Source: Vairimorpha necatrix
Lineage: Eukaryota
DNA length: 64,000 nt
Direction of reading: 5' to 3'
NCBI GenBank assembly: GCA_036630325.1
Contig: CP142726.1
Coordinates: 372,001 to 436,000, forward strand
The position numbers were made by a program, and so were the translations under genes. Positions 1-13,299 of the stretch are shown here, in pieces. The notes under the pieces are model-generated. The model made no database searches and had not been told where the DNA came from. It worked only from the letters and a program-made list of their open reading frames with translations. Numbering within the stretch: the stretch's first letter is position 1; each line of letters opens with the position of its first letter.

Positions 1-310
1 TTTAAAAATAAATATATAGGTCAAAAAATTAATAGCGTCGAAAAACTAAATATTATTGAATTCAAAATGTTGATAAAAATAGCAGACGTAGGTAAATCGT
101 ATAAAAAGTTCAAAGATTTTATGTGTGGAAGCAAAAAGCTCGAGAAAGAAATTTGCGGCACAAGCATAGGAGGAGCTAAAAAAAGGCAGAAGAAGATGCA
201 ATTCATCTTAAATTATTCCTTACCACTAGCAGAGTGTTTTCTAAAGATTTTAAATTTTTGTATGGAAATACTATTGAAAAACAAAAAGAATCCAATTACA
301 AAAACTTTTT
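1..310 (+). pseudogene. 3' part of class I cyclic-nucleotide phosphodiesterase (copy 1, starts before the window)
   Basis: MLIKIADVG...QF motif of the PDEase_I C-terminal region; near-identical to 21648-21960. Confidence 0.75.
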
Positions 311-697
311 TTTGGAGTGGGCTATTTGTCCGTGGTAATAGAGCAAATATTTTGGCTTTTACAAGCGAATTATACGTGTTTGTCGGGAGTCTATTTTCAA
401 TCCTCCTTTTAAAATGGGAAAACAAGCCGAGAAAAGATATAAAAACAACAATATAAAGCATTTTTTTAGTAATGCAACAATAAAACTTTTAGTTTGTTCG
501 TAACACAGAGGAAATACCTCTTGATCACAAATTTATAATGGACTTACCGGTTCTTTATTTAATTAAGTTATTAATCACTATTTTCGTGCTACTAATGTCT
601 CTGGGTGTAAAGCTTTTTTGGTCTTGTTTTCCAAGGAAATTGTTGACAGATTTTTAGAGTCAAAATATGTGTGTAGAGGAGGAAAAAAATAGTAAAA

Positions 698-730
698 TTT
701 TTGAATAGATCGGTCGAATGGTCTATTTTT
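698..730 (-). repeat. Dispersed palindromic motif AATAGACC-N8-GGTCTATT (degenerate copy; also at about 22344-22376)
   Basis: Reverse complement matches 17294-17332 and 36045-36084. Confidence 0.7.
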
Positions 731-1679
731 TAAAGAAGTATAATTTATTAATAAAACTAAATAGTGTGAGAAGCATGAAGCACGAATCTATTTCTCATCT
801 ATCAATAGCAAAAAAGAATAATGTTTATATTACATGACCATGTGTTTTTCTATTTTGATGGATTTTCCAATGTGGTATATTATCCTACACGAAAAATTAT
901 AATAAAAATATAAAATATTTTTAGTTTTAAATTATTTCACAATATAAAAAGGCACTAGATCAGTCCGAATTCTAATTTGAGCTTTTTAATCTTTCTATAG
1001 AGCTTGTCTAAATATGTAATTCTTATAAGAATTATATATGTGCAATTTTGATTATTAAGTGTAAACAAGGGGCTTGTTAATATTCAAAAATTTTTGAGAC
1101 ATTTTCTTTCCTCAGTTTAAAATAAGAACGTAAATGACAGCCTCTTATGGAATGGTAAGTGCTATACACGTCGTTATTCAATCTTTTACGATGTGCATTT
1201 TTGTTAAGTAGCCACAAGAAAGGAAAATGAAAATACAGTAACTAGATTAATATCACAAGGCAACCTTCTTTAAGACAAAAAATGCACATTTATTCTGCAC
1301 AACTTTGCTTAATTTTGTTACAATTAAAAATTTCGACAGATTATAGAGTAAATAACCACAGTTGGTGCTTACAATACGTGAGTTAATTATCATGAGTGCG
1401 AAGTTTAATTTATATAAATACCATAAAAAATTGAATTTTTTAAATCCCTTTGGATAATAAAAGAACGGAAACCAATAAATCTCGAATTACGAAACGTCGA
1501 TTTGGGGTTGTAAAAAAATAAAAAACGTCCCATTGACGAAATATCGGATATAATTGATCTACATTGTAAACTCGTTGCAGCCATCAATCGAAAACACAAT
1601 CAACATACTAGATCTACCAACCAATTGAATTAAAGCGAAATTCTTACAGTTACAGAACATGTTATTTAAAATATAACTA

Positions 1680-3241
1680 ACGGGGTTTCCGGGTTAAGAG
1701 ATCCACCCCAAAAGTCGAATTTTGCGACTTTTTAAAAAAGAAATTATTATACTAGAATAAGAGGTCCACCCATATAAGAGATCCACCCCACCCCCAGCCA
1801 AATGGTTAAAAAATTATATTAGAAAAATGAACCCTTTATTATAATAAACATTTAAATTTCTATAAAATCTTCAAATAAATTTTAACAGTCTGGGCCTTCG
1901 TCTTCAATTTCAGCACAATTAAGAACATCTTGAAGTTTATTGTTTAAATTAAAAATATTGTTTTCATGAAAAATTGAATCTGTTCCACACAATCTAAAAG
2001 CCTTAGAAGCCATTTCAGGAGTTATTTTTTTTAATGCATCCGCTATTGAATTCAAAATATATTTTCAGCTCGGTCTACGCCTATAACCTTTAATTGTATA
2101 TTCCTTTGGCCCGTTTGCATGCCATTCCTGCCATTTTCTTTTTAATTCGGCCTTAAATGAAGAATTTATCAAAACATCCAATGGTTGTAAAATGGACGTA
2201 GTTTGGGGGGGGGGGGGAATTAAAACGGTTTCAATGTTATTATTAGCAAAACTTTCCATAACTTTTTCAGTTTAGTGAGTTTTATAGGTGTCAAGAATAA
2301 GAAGTTTTTTTTTTCTATTTTCAAATGGCCCATATTTGTTTAAACATGCACATATCCATAATAAAATCAGATTTTGAACATGTTCCCTGATTCAGATGTA
2401 ACTACAAAAAGATTATTTGGCACAAAGCATTTTGGCGGTTTTTTAAGGCCTTTTAAAATGGCCATTCCCCTTAAAACAGTACCTTCTGAGGAAATAATAA
2501 TAACGACGGAAATTTTAGTCTTAAGATTTCCAGTTGTATATGCCTCAGTGTTTTTTTCGCCGGTAAATGATAATGTCGCGATTGCATCATATCAAATGTA
2601 AACAGGAGTTTCATCCATATTATACACCACTGTTTGGCTGTCCATACAGTTAAATTTATGATTAAAGGCTTCAAAATAATTCAACACGGTTTCTTTAATC
2701 TCCTGAGGCCTTTTGTTGTCTTCCTGTCCAAAAGATGTTATTTTTATTAAATGAAAAATGATTTCTTCTTTTGAACCCCATTAACCAACTCATACTTGCC
2801 TTAAAATCTGTAATGGACAACTTCTCTGCTATTTCAAAAGCCTTATCTCTAATATTATAAGTTGAGATAATTCGCTTCTTTTCACCTCGCTCTACCTTCA
2901 CCCAATCCGCAAACATTTTTTCAAGAGGAGGCCATTTGGCAGAAGTACCGGCACGCATTCTATAAGTATTTTTAATGTTGCTTTGGCCTAACATTTTAAC
3001 TTCGGCCTTTATCCAATCACTAGGCATTTTCCTAGTAATCTGCAACTCTAGAGCAGTCATACTCAAATTCCCATTGTTTTCACGCAATCTTTGTAATCCT
3101 GCTAATTTTTCTTTAGAGTGTACGCTTTCTTTTTCATGGGGGTAAATTTAAAAAAATTTAAAAGAAATTTCAAATATTTTATATACTTATAAGAGATCCA
3201 TGGTCTCTTATATGGGTGGATCTCTTAACCCGGAAACCCGG
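1680..3241 (-). mobile_element. pogo/Tigger-like DNA transposon (Tc1/mariner superfamily), disrupted
   Basis: TIRs CGGGGTTTCCGGGTTAAGAGATCCACCC / GGGTGGATCTCTTAACCCGGAAACCCGG; TA flanks; CENP-B-type HTH and DDE_1 motifs (LQPLDV). Confidence 0.92.
1850..3137 (-). pseudogene. pogo transposase, frameshifted
   Basis: ORF pieces 2695-3087 (FKASMSWLMGFKRRN) and 2065-2259 (TTSILQPLDVLINSSFK). Confidence 0.88.
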
Positions 3242-3374
3242 TAATAATAAAACCACAAAAATAAATATTTAAAATCGAACCCGCATATAAGTATGTTCTT
3301 CTTTATATACTTTAAAAGAGCAAAAATTAATCATTTATTACTTGCATATGATTAATAATGTGAACGTGATCTAA

Positions 3375-4162
3375 GGTTTCCTTGGCCCGGTGGTAGAAGG
3401 CGATGCTTTTATTGAGCAATGGCTGGGGTTGAATCCCAAGGGCACCAATTTATATCTACTTTCTATGATGCATTTAGAGCAAATCAGATGATAAAGGCGC
3501 CCACGAAATCATTAAGTTGATTTAATGAAACTTGTGTGTGCCCAGCCACAAGGGGTTAGCATCTAGTGTAGAAACGCGCCCCAAGGGCCAAAAGAAAGTA
3601 TCCCCTTGTCGTGACTTATTGATCCATAAAAGTATCTGATGGGCACGGCCTAGTTGAAACACATGGCTGGTTCATTCTAGCATGGTATTCTAGAGTTAAC
3701 TAAGAGACTAGAAGGAGAAGGGCAATAGAAGGTCTCGTGGATCCTATCTTACAAGATTCTGTAACACGGTGGCCGAAACTAGTGTGATACATGTGGTCAA
3801 TGCAGCCCAATAAAAACGAAGGGCTGGTATGTGTTCGTGTAAGGAACCGTGTATGCAATACAGATGATTCTTTGGAGTTTTGAGTCAGTACGACGACGTC
3901 TCTCCGCGGGTTATAGATAATTATGCCTGTTAAGTATATTCTCTGTGGATGCACTTCCGACGCAATATGAGGTATAAATGGAAAATGTTCTCCTGGTGCC
4001 AAAGTCCAATGGATACGGCGGAACTTGTTGCACCGGCATGTTAAATGGAGGAAGTTTCTAAAAGTAGAAATTTACAGTACAAATTAGACGAGGATCACAC
4101 TCAAATCCCTCTAGTCCTTATGAAAGGTTTCTCCCTGACTCTTACTTGCAAGAAAAAAAAAA
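3375..4162 (+). mobile_element. tRNA-derived SINE-like element, copy 1
   Basis: Degenerate 73-nt tRNA-like head at 3375-3447; body homologous to the other copies; ends CTTACTTGCAAG followed by an A-run. Confidence 0.85.
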
Positions 4163-4886
4163 TTATAAAAATAAAATGAAAAAAATACCCATAAAAAATT
4201 CGTTAAATTTCCGCCAGCAATAATAGACGTCAAATAAAATTTGTGTTCCTTTTGTTCGCGTTGCTCATTCGCAGCGCCGAGAGCATTTGGAGAGTTAAAC
4301 GACAGTTAAAATTAATCTAAGGTGCAATCATTTTTATGTACACACTGTTATATGACAGAAAATCGATATAACACGAGATTAAGAGTCTTGAAGCATCAAA
4401 AATGCCTACAATATAACATTCTTGTTTGTTTTTCTCAAGGTTTTTATAGTTATGTGCCCTTTAGTATTTATTGTTTTTGTTAATCATTTTGGGTACCATA
4501 TTAATTTTAAAGTAATAAAATATGATTTGACAATTAAAGTGTATTTCATAAAAAAAATTACTTTTTTTTACAATGTATTTAATTCTTAAGATTGTGAGAT
4601 GATCTCGATCGAGTTGTAAGACCGAGTGATCTGGCAGAAAAATAAAGTTGAGCTTTGATTCCTTCCTTTCAAATACGCTCAATAAAGTTCTGATAACACT
4701 ATATAAGTAAAAAATTTCCATCTAATCTTTATTTATATTTTCTTTATCGAGTAACTTGAAGAAGTTTTAATAATTAGAGATGATATAGTTAATAAAAGAA
4801 TAAAGGAAAACGAAACAACTTGCCTCGGTACAAAAAATATCACAAAAGTAAATTCTACGAAAATTTTTTTTTTTTAGAATTCATTA

Positions 4887-5241
4887 TGTCACACGACATT
4901 ATTCGACCCATTAGAGATAACAGAGAAGTTATAAATCCCAATTCTCAGTCAGAACTGTCAAATGACTGAGATGTCATTTGCTCTCAATGACTCATTGTAA
5001 ACAAACAATGAACAGAATACAAAGTATTTAGAAAAGCTTAAACACTCAAAACATGCTTACATCCATAACTTCATAAATATCCCGCCTTTTTTGAAAAAGA
5101 TGAAGGGGCGGGAAAATAAAATCATAAAAGGAGTTATTTTTAACCCCAGATTGAGCTATGAGAGAACAAAACAACAATAAAGAATTTTAAAAAAATTCTT
5201 ATTTAGACACACGAGCAGCCAGGGAGGCAGCCCGTATCACG
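4887..5241. mobile_element. Solo-LTR-like insertion (355 bp) in the 3' end of homeobox copy 1
   Basis: Flanked by CATTA direct repeats; starts TGTCACACGAC; both ends homologous to 62216-62580; absent from the paralogous region near 52080. Confidence 0.75.
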
Positions 5242-5246
5242 CATTA

Positions 5247-5564
5247 TATTTGCCCACTTGTATAAGTGCAGCAAATATTTGCGATCTACATTGTCGCAGT
5301 TTTTATTTTTTCTAGCTTCTGGTGTCATGTTTCTTCTTTTCTTTTGAAACCATTACTTAATTGAATTTATATTCAAATCGAGAAGCACGCTCAAGTCTTC
5401 TTCTAAATTCAATGATGGCCATTGACTACTTTCAAAGGTTGAAAGAGCACATAATCTTTAACTGGCGTATAGCTTCTTGGTTTGTATCTTTTGTTTTCTT
5501 TTTTTAGTTTTATCAATCCAAATAGAGCCTCCGCCAAAGTATTATCGTCTCTGAAGTTATTCTT
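5247..5564 (-). pseudogene. Small homeobox gene copy 1 (pseudogene; paralog of 52064-52405)
   Basis: DDNTLAEALFGLIKLKKENK matches copy 4; ATG changed to AAG, a frameshift, a stop before WFQ, and an insertion at the 3' end. Confidence 0.85.
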
Positions 5565-5795
5565 ACCCCGTGGAGAAATTAATAATGAAATACTAGAATA
5601 TTGATAAAAAATCATATTTAATAAATTTTTTAACTAATATGGACTGTTTTTTCAAAAAAAGCAAAGAAACTTATTAATTGTACTTTAACAATAATAATGT
5701 ATTATAATGTAGAAATTTACAAATTGGTGTAATATGATTTGTATATGCGAAAAATGGTTTTCATGATTATTGTTCATTGATTTATCATTATTCAC

Positions 5796-5819
5796 ATATA
5801 TATATATATATATATATAT
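5796..5819. repeat. (TA)n microsatellite
   Basis: Directly visible. Confidence 0.9.
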
Positions 5820-5829
5820 TGATAAAAAT

Positions 5830-8800
5830 TAGGGTAAATAGAGAGCAGGAGGAAAAAATAACAAATCAACCCCCGAAGCGAAAAGGAGCAAAATAGGCAC
5901 TGCTGAGAAAGGAGGGTCCGGAAACACTATGTGTCCACTCAATCATTCTTCAAGACTCTTGTTGCAGTACTTGTGAGTACCGAGGCGAATGAAGAAGAGT
6001 GGCCTCAATGAGTATTTCTCTTAACCATAAATAGATTTGGTAGAATGCCAAGAGGAAAGTGAAATAAAGCTACCGAGTTCTTCTGTGAAAAATTTGGGTC
6101 CAACATGAGTTCATTAGAATTCAAGGGCAAAGCGAAGAAAGCGCTCACTAGTAATAGTGGTAGACAAATGACGGCCCGGGAATTCTTAGTGAATCCTACC
6201 AAAAGAAGAAAAGCCGAAACTGGCCCGAAAGAAGGGAATAGTCTCTTCGAAACCGAGCTCTTCCTGAAAGCACAAATTATTCTTGGAGAAGCTTAGTTGT
6301 ATTCAGAACACATGTGTGGACCAGGTAGAAAGAACAAGGAAGATTTCTTCCTTGAAGGTTGATCTGTTGAAACTTAATGCTAAAGTCAAGGCGGTAGATA
6401 GTTATGTTAGATACCACCCCCCTCATAACATGACAGAGAAGGCAAGGATTCTGCAAGCTGCACAGATCTGCTATCAGGAAATGGCCAGTAAGAAGCCCAA
6501 ACCCACGTCTTGGAAAGAAAGTATCTTGAAAAAGATTACTGAGATCGAAGACAAGGCAGGGCTTTTGATAAACTTTGAAATGAGAAAAAGCGTAGAGTCA
6601 AAAAAGTAATGCCCGAACTTAACAGGCTTGCATGTTCACACCGAGATAATTCTGAAGCTATTGCTATGCTTAACGAGAGGAAAGCTATATACTCAAGGAA
6701 CCTAAGGTCGCAGACCGGCGCAGAGAGTATAGGCGTGAAAATTAAAACTTTGAGCTATATAGAAGCAATTTCTATAGAAAACTCAAGTGTGCCAATGAGG
6801 TTAATCAAAATGTAAGCAAAGAAGATATTAGTTCATTCTGGTCTACCATGTGGAATAAGAAAAAGCAATCCGAAGACTGCAATAGTCTCGAGGAGGTTCT
6901 CCAGAATACATTCCTAATAGCCAAGATCAGATCAATTTCTCAACCTTGCAGGAATTTGTAGATATTATTAAATATTTACCAAATTGAAAGGCTGCAGGCT
7001 GCATATTGTGATGGAATCTTCAATTTCTTTATAAGAAGTGTGAAGCTCTAAACGTATACCTTTACAAGATTGTTAAGGAAGTATGCATGGATGGGAAAGA
7101 ACCCGAAGCTTGGTTCTAACAGGGGATTACTTATATAATACCCAAAGGTATCCCCACTAGTGGTAACGACTTCGGCCTATTGCCTGTATGTCGAACATCT
7201 ACAAGCTTACAACAAAATGCACTACGAAAGTAATGCAGCTAATTGTAGAAAGTAGAGGGCTACTAGCAGAGAACCAACTAGGGACAGTTAGACAAGTCCA
7301 AGGAGCAAAAGAACAAGCTATGATTAATATAGCAGTCAATAAGGACCATGGAAACAAGCTGAAGACCATGTGGATAGATGTAAGGAAAGCCTACGACTCC
7401 GTAGACCATTCTTATCTTTTAACGTGCATTTCAAGTTAAATCTCCCTCAATGGATAAGTAAATTCTATGAAGTCACTGATAAAAGGTAGCCCATTGAGAT
7501 AAAATCAGGATCGGAAACTATACTGAATAAAAAGATTAAAAGGGGCATACTACAAGGTGATTTCTTGTCGCCGCTTTTGTTTGTACTATGTATGGACCCG
7601 TTGAGCAGGAAACTGAATTCAACTTACCCAAAAGTAGGAATACAGACTCACGAAAGTGTTTACGTAACAAACCATCTTCTATTGATTGATGATCTCAAGC
7701 TTTTCGCAGAGAACGATGTCGTTTTAAAACTGATGAATGAGGAAACTAAAAAGGTTTTCTCATCTGTAGGTTTAGAAATGAACAGAAGTAAGTCTGCACT
7801 AACTGTAGTTATTGTAGTGAAGATGCAGTAGTACTAGAAGGGCATCAAAGGTACAAATACCTTGGAATAACAGAGGATGCCTCTAGTGATGTCAAAAGAG
7901 AGAGTTTTGAAAAAGTGAGAAATGAAATCCTACATAGGGTTGAAAAACTGTGCAAGACTCAATTAAATGATAAGAATACGATTCGAGCTATAAACGAGCA
8001 TGAAATGTCAGTAATAAACTATCATATAGGATTATTAAAATTAGAACCAAAAGATTTCAAAAGTCTCGATTTTGATATCCGACAGGTACTTATCAAGTAC
8101 CAGGTCCATCTACAGCCAGCCTGCAAGGGAAGAATATACCTTCATAGATCCGAAATGGGTAAAAGCCTCATAAGTATCGAAGATAGAAGCGAAAGTATGC
8201 TTCTGAATATTTTTAAAACATTAGATGGGTCTAGAAATAGCTCACTAAGACAGGCAGCGGTACTTTAAAAAGAGGCAGAAAGCAAATCCCACTTGTTTAC
8301 AATTAACGAGTATCTAAGGATTAGGTATAGATTTGTAGGAGAGATAACTCAGAAGATGCTAATAGAATCATAAAAAAAGCGCTTTACAACAAAATTAACA
8401 TATAGACAAAATATGGAAAGTTGTTTAAAGCTAGGGACAATATTTTAGTAAGCATTAGGGACTCTTCTAACTGGCTGGTTAAAGGAAACAATCAGGCTAG
8501 ATCCGAAGCAATTTACTGTCTCCTACAGGATAGAATTTTTTTTGTGGACAAGAGAGATAATGTCCCCATTGTGGATCTCATAGGAAACCGTGGATCATTT
8601 AGCTACCAAGTGTGATCGAATGCTGGGTTTTGATTATATGAAAAGACACAACAAGGTAGTTAGATGCATTTATCTCTTACTATGTATTAAATATGGGTTT
8701 AAGAAGACAAAGAAAATACGTGGAGACACAGTACAAAAGATAATGGAGAATGATCGTGCAGAAATAAGAGTAGATACGAGAATATTCACTAATATAAAGG

Positions 8801-9370
8801 TGACCCATAATAAGCCTGATATTCTTGTGTTTTACAAGAATAAGAAAGAAATTCGAAAAGTTTAAGCTGACATCAGGATCAGGTAACGACTTACTTACTA
8901 TAGTCGAGAATAAAAAAAACTATAAAAATTTGTTCCCTTTACAGATGAACGGGACTAATACATAACCCCTGCCAAAAAAAAGTTGTGTTTTTAATGACAT
9001 GGGATGTAGCGGTGACCATATACCACAGAAAGTACATCAGAGAGTTGAAATTCCAACCTTACCTTGAAGCATAAATCCATTTTATTGTGCTGAAGAAGAT
9101 CTAGAGTCCATATCCCAAGATTGGCATTATAAAACGTTCAGGAGGATGCAGGAGAGGGAGAAGTCGATCAACATGTCAGCGCTAAAAAATATGGCGACTG
9201 TTAAAGAAGTGATGTTGTTGAAAGATTGTGGAGCTGAAAATTCTAAGTAGAAAAACGAAAATAATGTCACAGAAACTATAGTCTGTTAAGAGATGAATCT
9301 AATGAACGGTACCAGGACAAGAAGATGTGTTGTAAATATTTAAAAATATGAATAATAAACTCATAAAATT
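5830..9370 (+). mobile_element. RLE-type non-LTR retrotransposon (R4/Dong-like), near full length, decayed
   Basis: RT motifs (MSNIYKL, IDVRKAYDSV, GILQGD..SPLLF, HLLLIDDLKL, YKYLG); CCHC knuckle (DHLATKC); RHN; PDILV restriction-like endonuclease; many stops and frameshifts. Confidence 0.9.
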
Positions 9371-10020
9371 AATTCTGTTTTTTAATATTCGCTGAGATTA
9401 TATACAGACAAAAATAAACGTAATGATTTGGAAAGACTGACGATTGTCAGTTGGCAAATTAGTAAGCTTTTTTTCGTATCGCAAGAATATAGAAGCTTGC
9501 AGGATCCGATTCTAGAGGTAGAAGAACGGTCACATGGAAAATATAAAGATATTGGATTTTTTGCATTTTTAAATGAATCATTATGGTTACTGTGATGTTA
9601 TGCCTAACATCCCAATTGGGCATTACGTGTCTACCCGCCAAACATCAATGGCCTATCGTGAGGTCATACAAACAAACAAACAAAACGAAATCATATATTT
9701 CGTTGTACAATTGTAAGTACTCTAATGTCTGTTGAAATGTTTGAAATCGTAGAAACGTCATTTTAAAATATAAAAACAACTTCACGAAGAAGGGTACGCA
9801 ATGTTCAGAGAAAAGGAAAGGAACATGAAAGTTGATTTTAGAAATGGGAAGAGCCCATACGCCCGTAGCAACGAGAGTAATATTAACCAAAATAAAAGTA
9901 TATTAAATAATTATTTTAAATTTAGGAAACTGCCTGTGATACAAGACAGTTACATAATTTAAATTAATATCTTTTTAATTTTATTAAACATTTTTCTAAA
10001 GTATTCTTCTTTGTTTGATG

Positions 10021-10055
10021 GCGCGTTGATACGTCATCAACGAAACGTTTGACAG
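10021..10055. promoter_or_regulatory. Conserved inverted repeat upstream of PDE (CGTTGAT-N5-ATCAACG)
   Basis: Nearly identical block at 54588-54620 upstream of PDE copy 4, within otherwise diverged spacers. Confidence 0.45.
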
Positions 10056-10193
10056 TTGATGGTTCTATCATTTGGCGGCGTGATGTAGGCATTTATCATA
10101 TCCATAATTACAAAAAGATGACAACACATCGATATAACGTTAAAAGTGCAATATATGTTGTTACATTTATAAATTTAAAAATTAAATTTTTTG

Positions 10194-10990
10194 TACCCTT
10201 TTATTAACTTTGACAATAGAGAATACCAAAGAAAACAAGAAACAGCTTAAAGAGCTGATTTTATGTTATTATCCTAAGTAAGGAATGTAACGTGTCGCAA
10301 ACAAATCTGCACAATTTCTTGGAAGCGCCCATAAGTAAATATAATGATATTCCTTATCATAATGCTACCCATGGGTTCAATGCATTATATAATGGGAATA
10401 TCTTATTGAAACTTATGAATAAACCAAATAATATACGCCAGGTCAAGTTTATTTTCTTAGTCTGTTGCTTATTGCACGATATAGGTCATCCGTGTGTTAT
10501 TTGTTGTGGACACGAAAAAATTATTTAGAGAATCATCATGCAGAACTCATAAAAAAGCTGTTATAGAAATTTTCCCAGAGTACGTGACAGAAGTTAATAT
10601 AAAGTAAATAAAAGAATTGATTTTATCTACGAATGCGAATTTGTATAGTGAGCTGTTAAATACATTTAAATACAAATATTTAGATTACAAATCTAAAAAT
10701 AACATAGAACACAATTCAATCGATTTAACAATGCTAATTAAAATTGCAGATATTGGAGCATCGTACAAAAAATTCGATGATTTCATGTGTGAAAGTAAAA
10801 AGTTTGAGGAAGAAATGTTTGGTAAAATACTAAAATACCGGTAAAAGACTTGGTAAGGATGAATGCTTTTTGATAAATTATTATTTACCACTAGCAGAAA
10901 AGTTTTCTACAGTTTTTCTAAGATTTTTAATTTTATATGAAAAAGCCATTGAAAATCCTAGAAAAATAAAAAAGAAAAAAAAGTTATTAT
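10194..10990 (+). pseudogene. Class I cyclic-nucleotide phosphodiesterase copy 2, disrupted
   Basis: PYHNATHG, CLLHDIGH, ENHH, MILST, MLIKIADIG motifs; stops and frameshifts. Confidence 0.88.
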
Positions 10991-11189
10991 TTAAATACAA
11001 GCTCTTCATTTGTATTAAAAATTATATTGAATCATTTTTTCGGGGTTTCCGATATAGGGACAATAAAAGCGCTAATAAACTTTAGGAAAAAAATCATAAA
11101 AGAGACTTCTTACAAATAATCACTGATTGTTTATTCTAATTTATAGAGTGTACGAAATATCACGCAAATAAATAGTTTTCTGAGTGAAT

Positions 11190-12210
11190 TCCATAGCTTC
11201 AATTTAGATATTTATAGCACAACTTGTCTTGGTACTGCTCATGCGATTCAGTTTTTTATAGATTATGGTTTCTGCAGAATTATTTTCGTTTTTAAACTCA
11301 AAGTAACAGCAACATTCTTCTTCAACGACATTATGTCTTTAACAGTCGCCTATTTGCTAGTGCGCTTTCAGCTCTAGCCATTTCTTCCTATCCTGTATAT
11401 TATTAAAGTATCCTTGTTGCGCTCGAAAGAGTTGGACTTTAAAAATTTCTCTGGCACAACAGAGTATTTTATTTATGTAATTCTTGTCCTCCACTTCCTT
11501 ACTCCTCTTAAAAATTGGGATAATAAAAATATCAACAGAGTGGATGTACGCTTTAAGGCAGGGTTGTATTTTAAGCTCCCCGATGTACATTCTGTGATAT
11601 TCGGTCTCCACTCAATCTCGCGTCATTACTAAGGATCAATCATGTGAAGGATTTATGTATTCGTCTTACATAATTTTCAAATAGGTCAATTCATTAGTTT
11701 TCATTCTCGGCTATGGAATTCGCCCCTGTTGGTATTAATTTTTTATATAAGAATATTGTCTTCTTCTTGTCAAATACAAGAATGTCAGGCGTATGATGGA
11801 CCACCTTTATATTAGTGGATATCTTCGCATCCACTCTTTTTTACGCACGATCATTTTACATGATCTCTTGTACTGAGTGTCAACGTATTGTATTATTCTT
11901 TTTTAACCCGAAGTAATTTTATTTAAGAGCTCGATGCATCTAACCGCCTCGTTTTGGCTTTTCATGTAATCAACCCCAACATTCGATCACACTTGGTAGC
12001 TAAATGATCAAGGTCTTTCTATGAGATCTGAATGAAGAAATTGTTTCTCTTGTCAAAAAAAATTTCTATTTTTGGGTAATCAGTAAATTGCTTCGAACCC
12101 AGCCTGATTGTTTGGGTTGTTCAAAAGGTATGCGAACCTGTTGCTTACTAATTATTTTGCCTGCTTTAAACAACATTTCATGTTTAGTCATATTGTTGAT
12201 TTCGTTGTAA
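11190..12210 (-). mobile_element. 3' fragment of the RLE non-LTR element
   Basis: Reverse-complement homology to about 8400-9330 (DHLATKCDR; YHRMYIGELKIQPCLKAYIHS). Confidence 0.8.
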
Positions 12211-12779
12211 ATTTCTATTTCAAAAAATTGAAATTTATAAACTTATTTAATGATTTATCTTAGAAATATGTTTTTATGGGCATTTTGATTTAGGTTCTGT
12301 AATATTATATACCACATTTTTCGGTCCTTCGAGTAATTATTTTTCCAAATATAATATCTTTTTATCTATTTACTTTTCAAAAGGTAAATTTAATCTTTTC
12401 TTGCAGTTCTCAAGGTTCCTCTTATAATTTAAATGTTAGACACTCAAATACCTTTTGCCGATCAGTACCAAGTTCATCTCCAACTGTTATACTTGGCTTT
12501 TATAAAGTAAATTAAAGACCTGGTGTTCGTAAATATGTTTCCGTAAAATTCTAAGAGCAAAGAAGATATTTTAAATGTGTATCTGTAACTTTTTTTATTC
12601 TACAATGATAAGAAATAGTCGTCTATATCTAGACAAATTCTGGATGTCGGAGAAAGTAGATACATAGACTTTATATCAACACACATAAATATTCACTACG
12701 CAAGGTATTTATCAAAGAAAAAATAAAACCTAAAATTGAGCATTATTACAACTTCAAAAAGCCGATGGGCAGTTTAATA

Positions 12780-13140
12780 GTACCACTGACGATTTCCGAG
12801 GAGATATTTTGAATTTTTTTGAGTAAAATCTTTATATCACCACTTTACATTAAAATTGTTCTGTACCAAGGAGATACAAAAATCTCGACATATCAATAAG
12901 TAAATTATTTACATCATTTAATGCTACGTCTGTATATTATCAGTCGTAAATGGTGATAGTCTGTTGAAAGCGTCATTATATTGAAAAACAGTCTTTTTAG
13001 GTTTTTATAATGCCATTAGGCATTTGCATTCTCCAAACCATTCATATAGAGCTTTTGATCGAAACGCTTTTTGTATAAACTTCATAAGAAAAAAAAGTCA
13101 ATAAAAAACACCCCGGATTCAGACTATACATGAATAGAAG
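12780..13140 (-). mobile_element. Possible heavily decayed Gypsy RT remnant
   Basis: Weak AFRSKALYEW...MPNG-like motif on the minus strand only. Confidence 0.25.
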
Positions 13141-13299
13141 GTCTACGTAAAGCTCCAAAAAATAGAAAAAAAATGTAGAAGACTAGGTAACAGGGCATAT
13201 ACACCAAGGACGAGAACAGGAAATACTTTTAAAATAAGATTAAAGCATGTAAACAGTGTATGCTCAGTTTTAATGATCGAAGGAAGAATCTTGTGATTA

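Larger units (their letters stand above)
1..3270. repeat. Segmental duplication, near-identical to 21648-24902
   Basis: Base-by-base match with only scattered substitutions and homopolymer indels. Confidence 0.95.

Noticed and set aside
1405-1599. Identical 64-aa ORF here and at 23051-23245
   Set aside because: Identity is explained by the recent duplication; no motif supports coding
3700-4002. Recurrent minus-strand ORFs (MAPGEHFPFIP...) in SINE copies
   Set aside because: TTG starts, variable length and frame between copies, no recognisable domain; a by-product of the repeat
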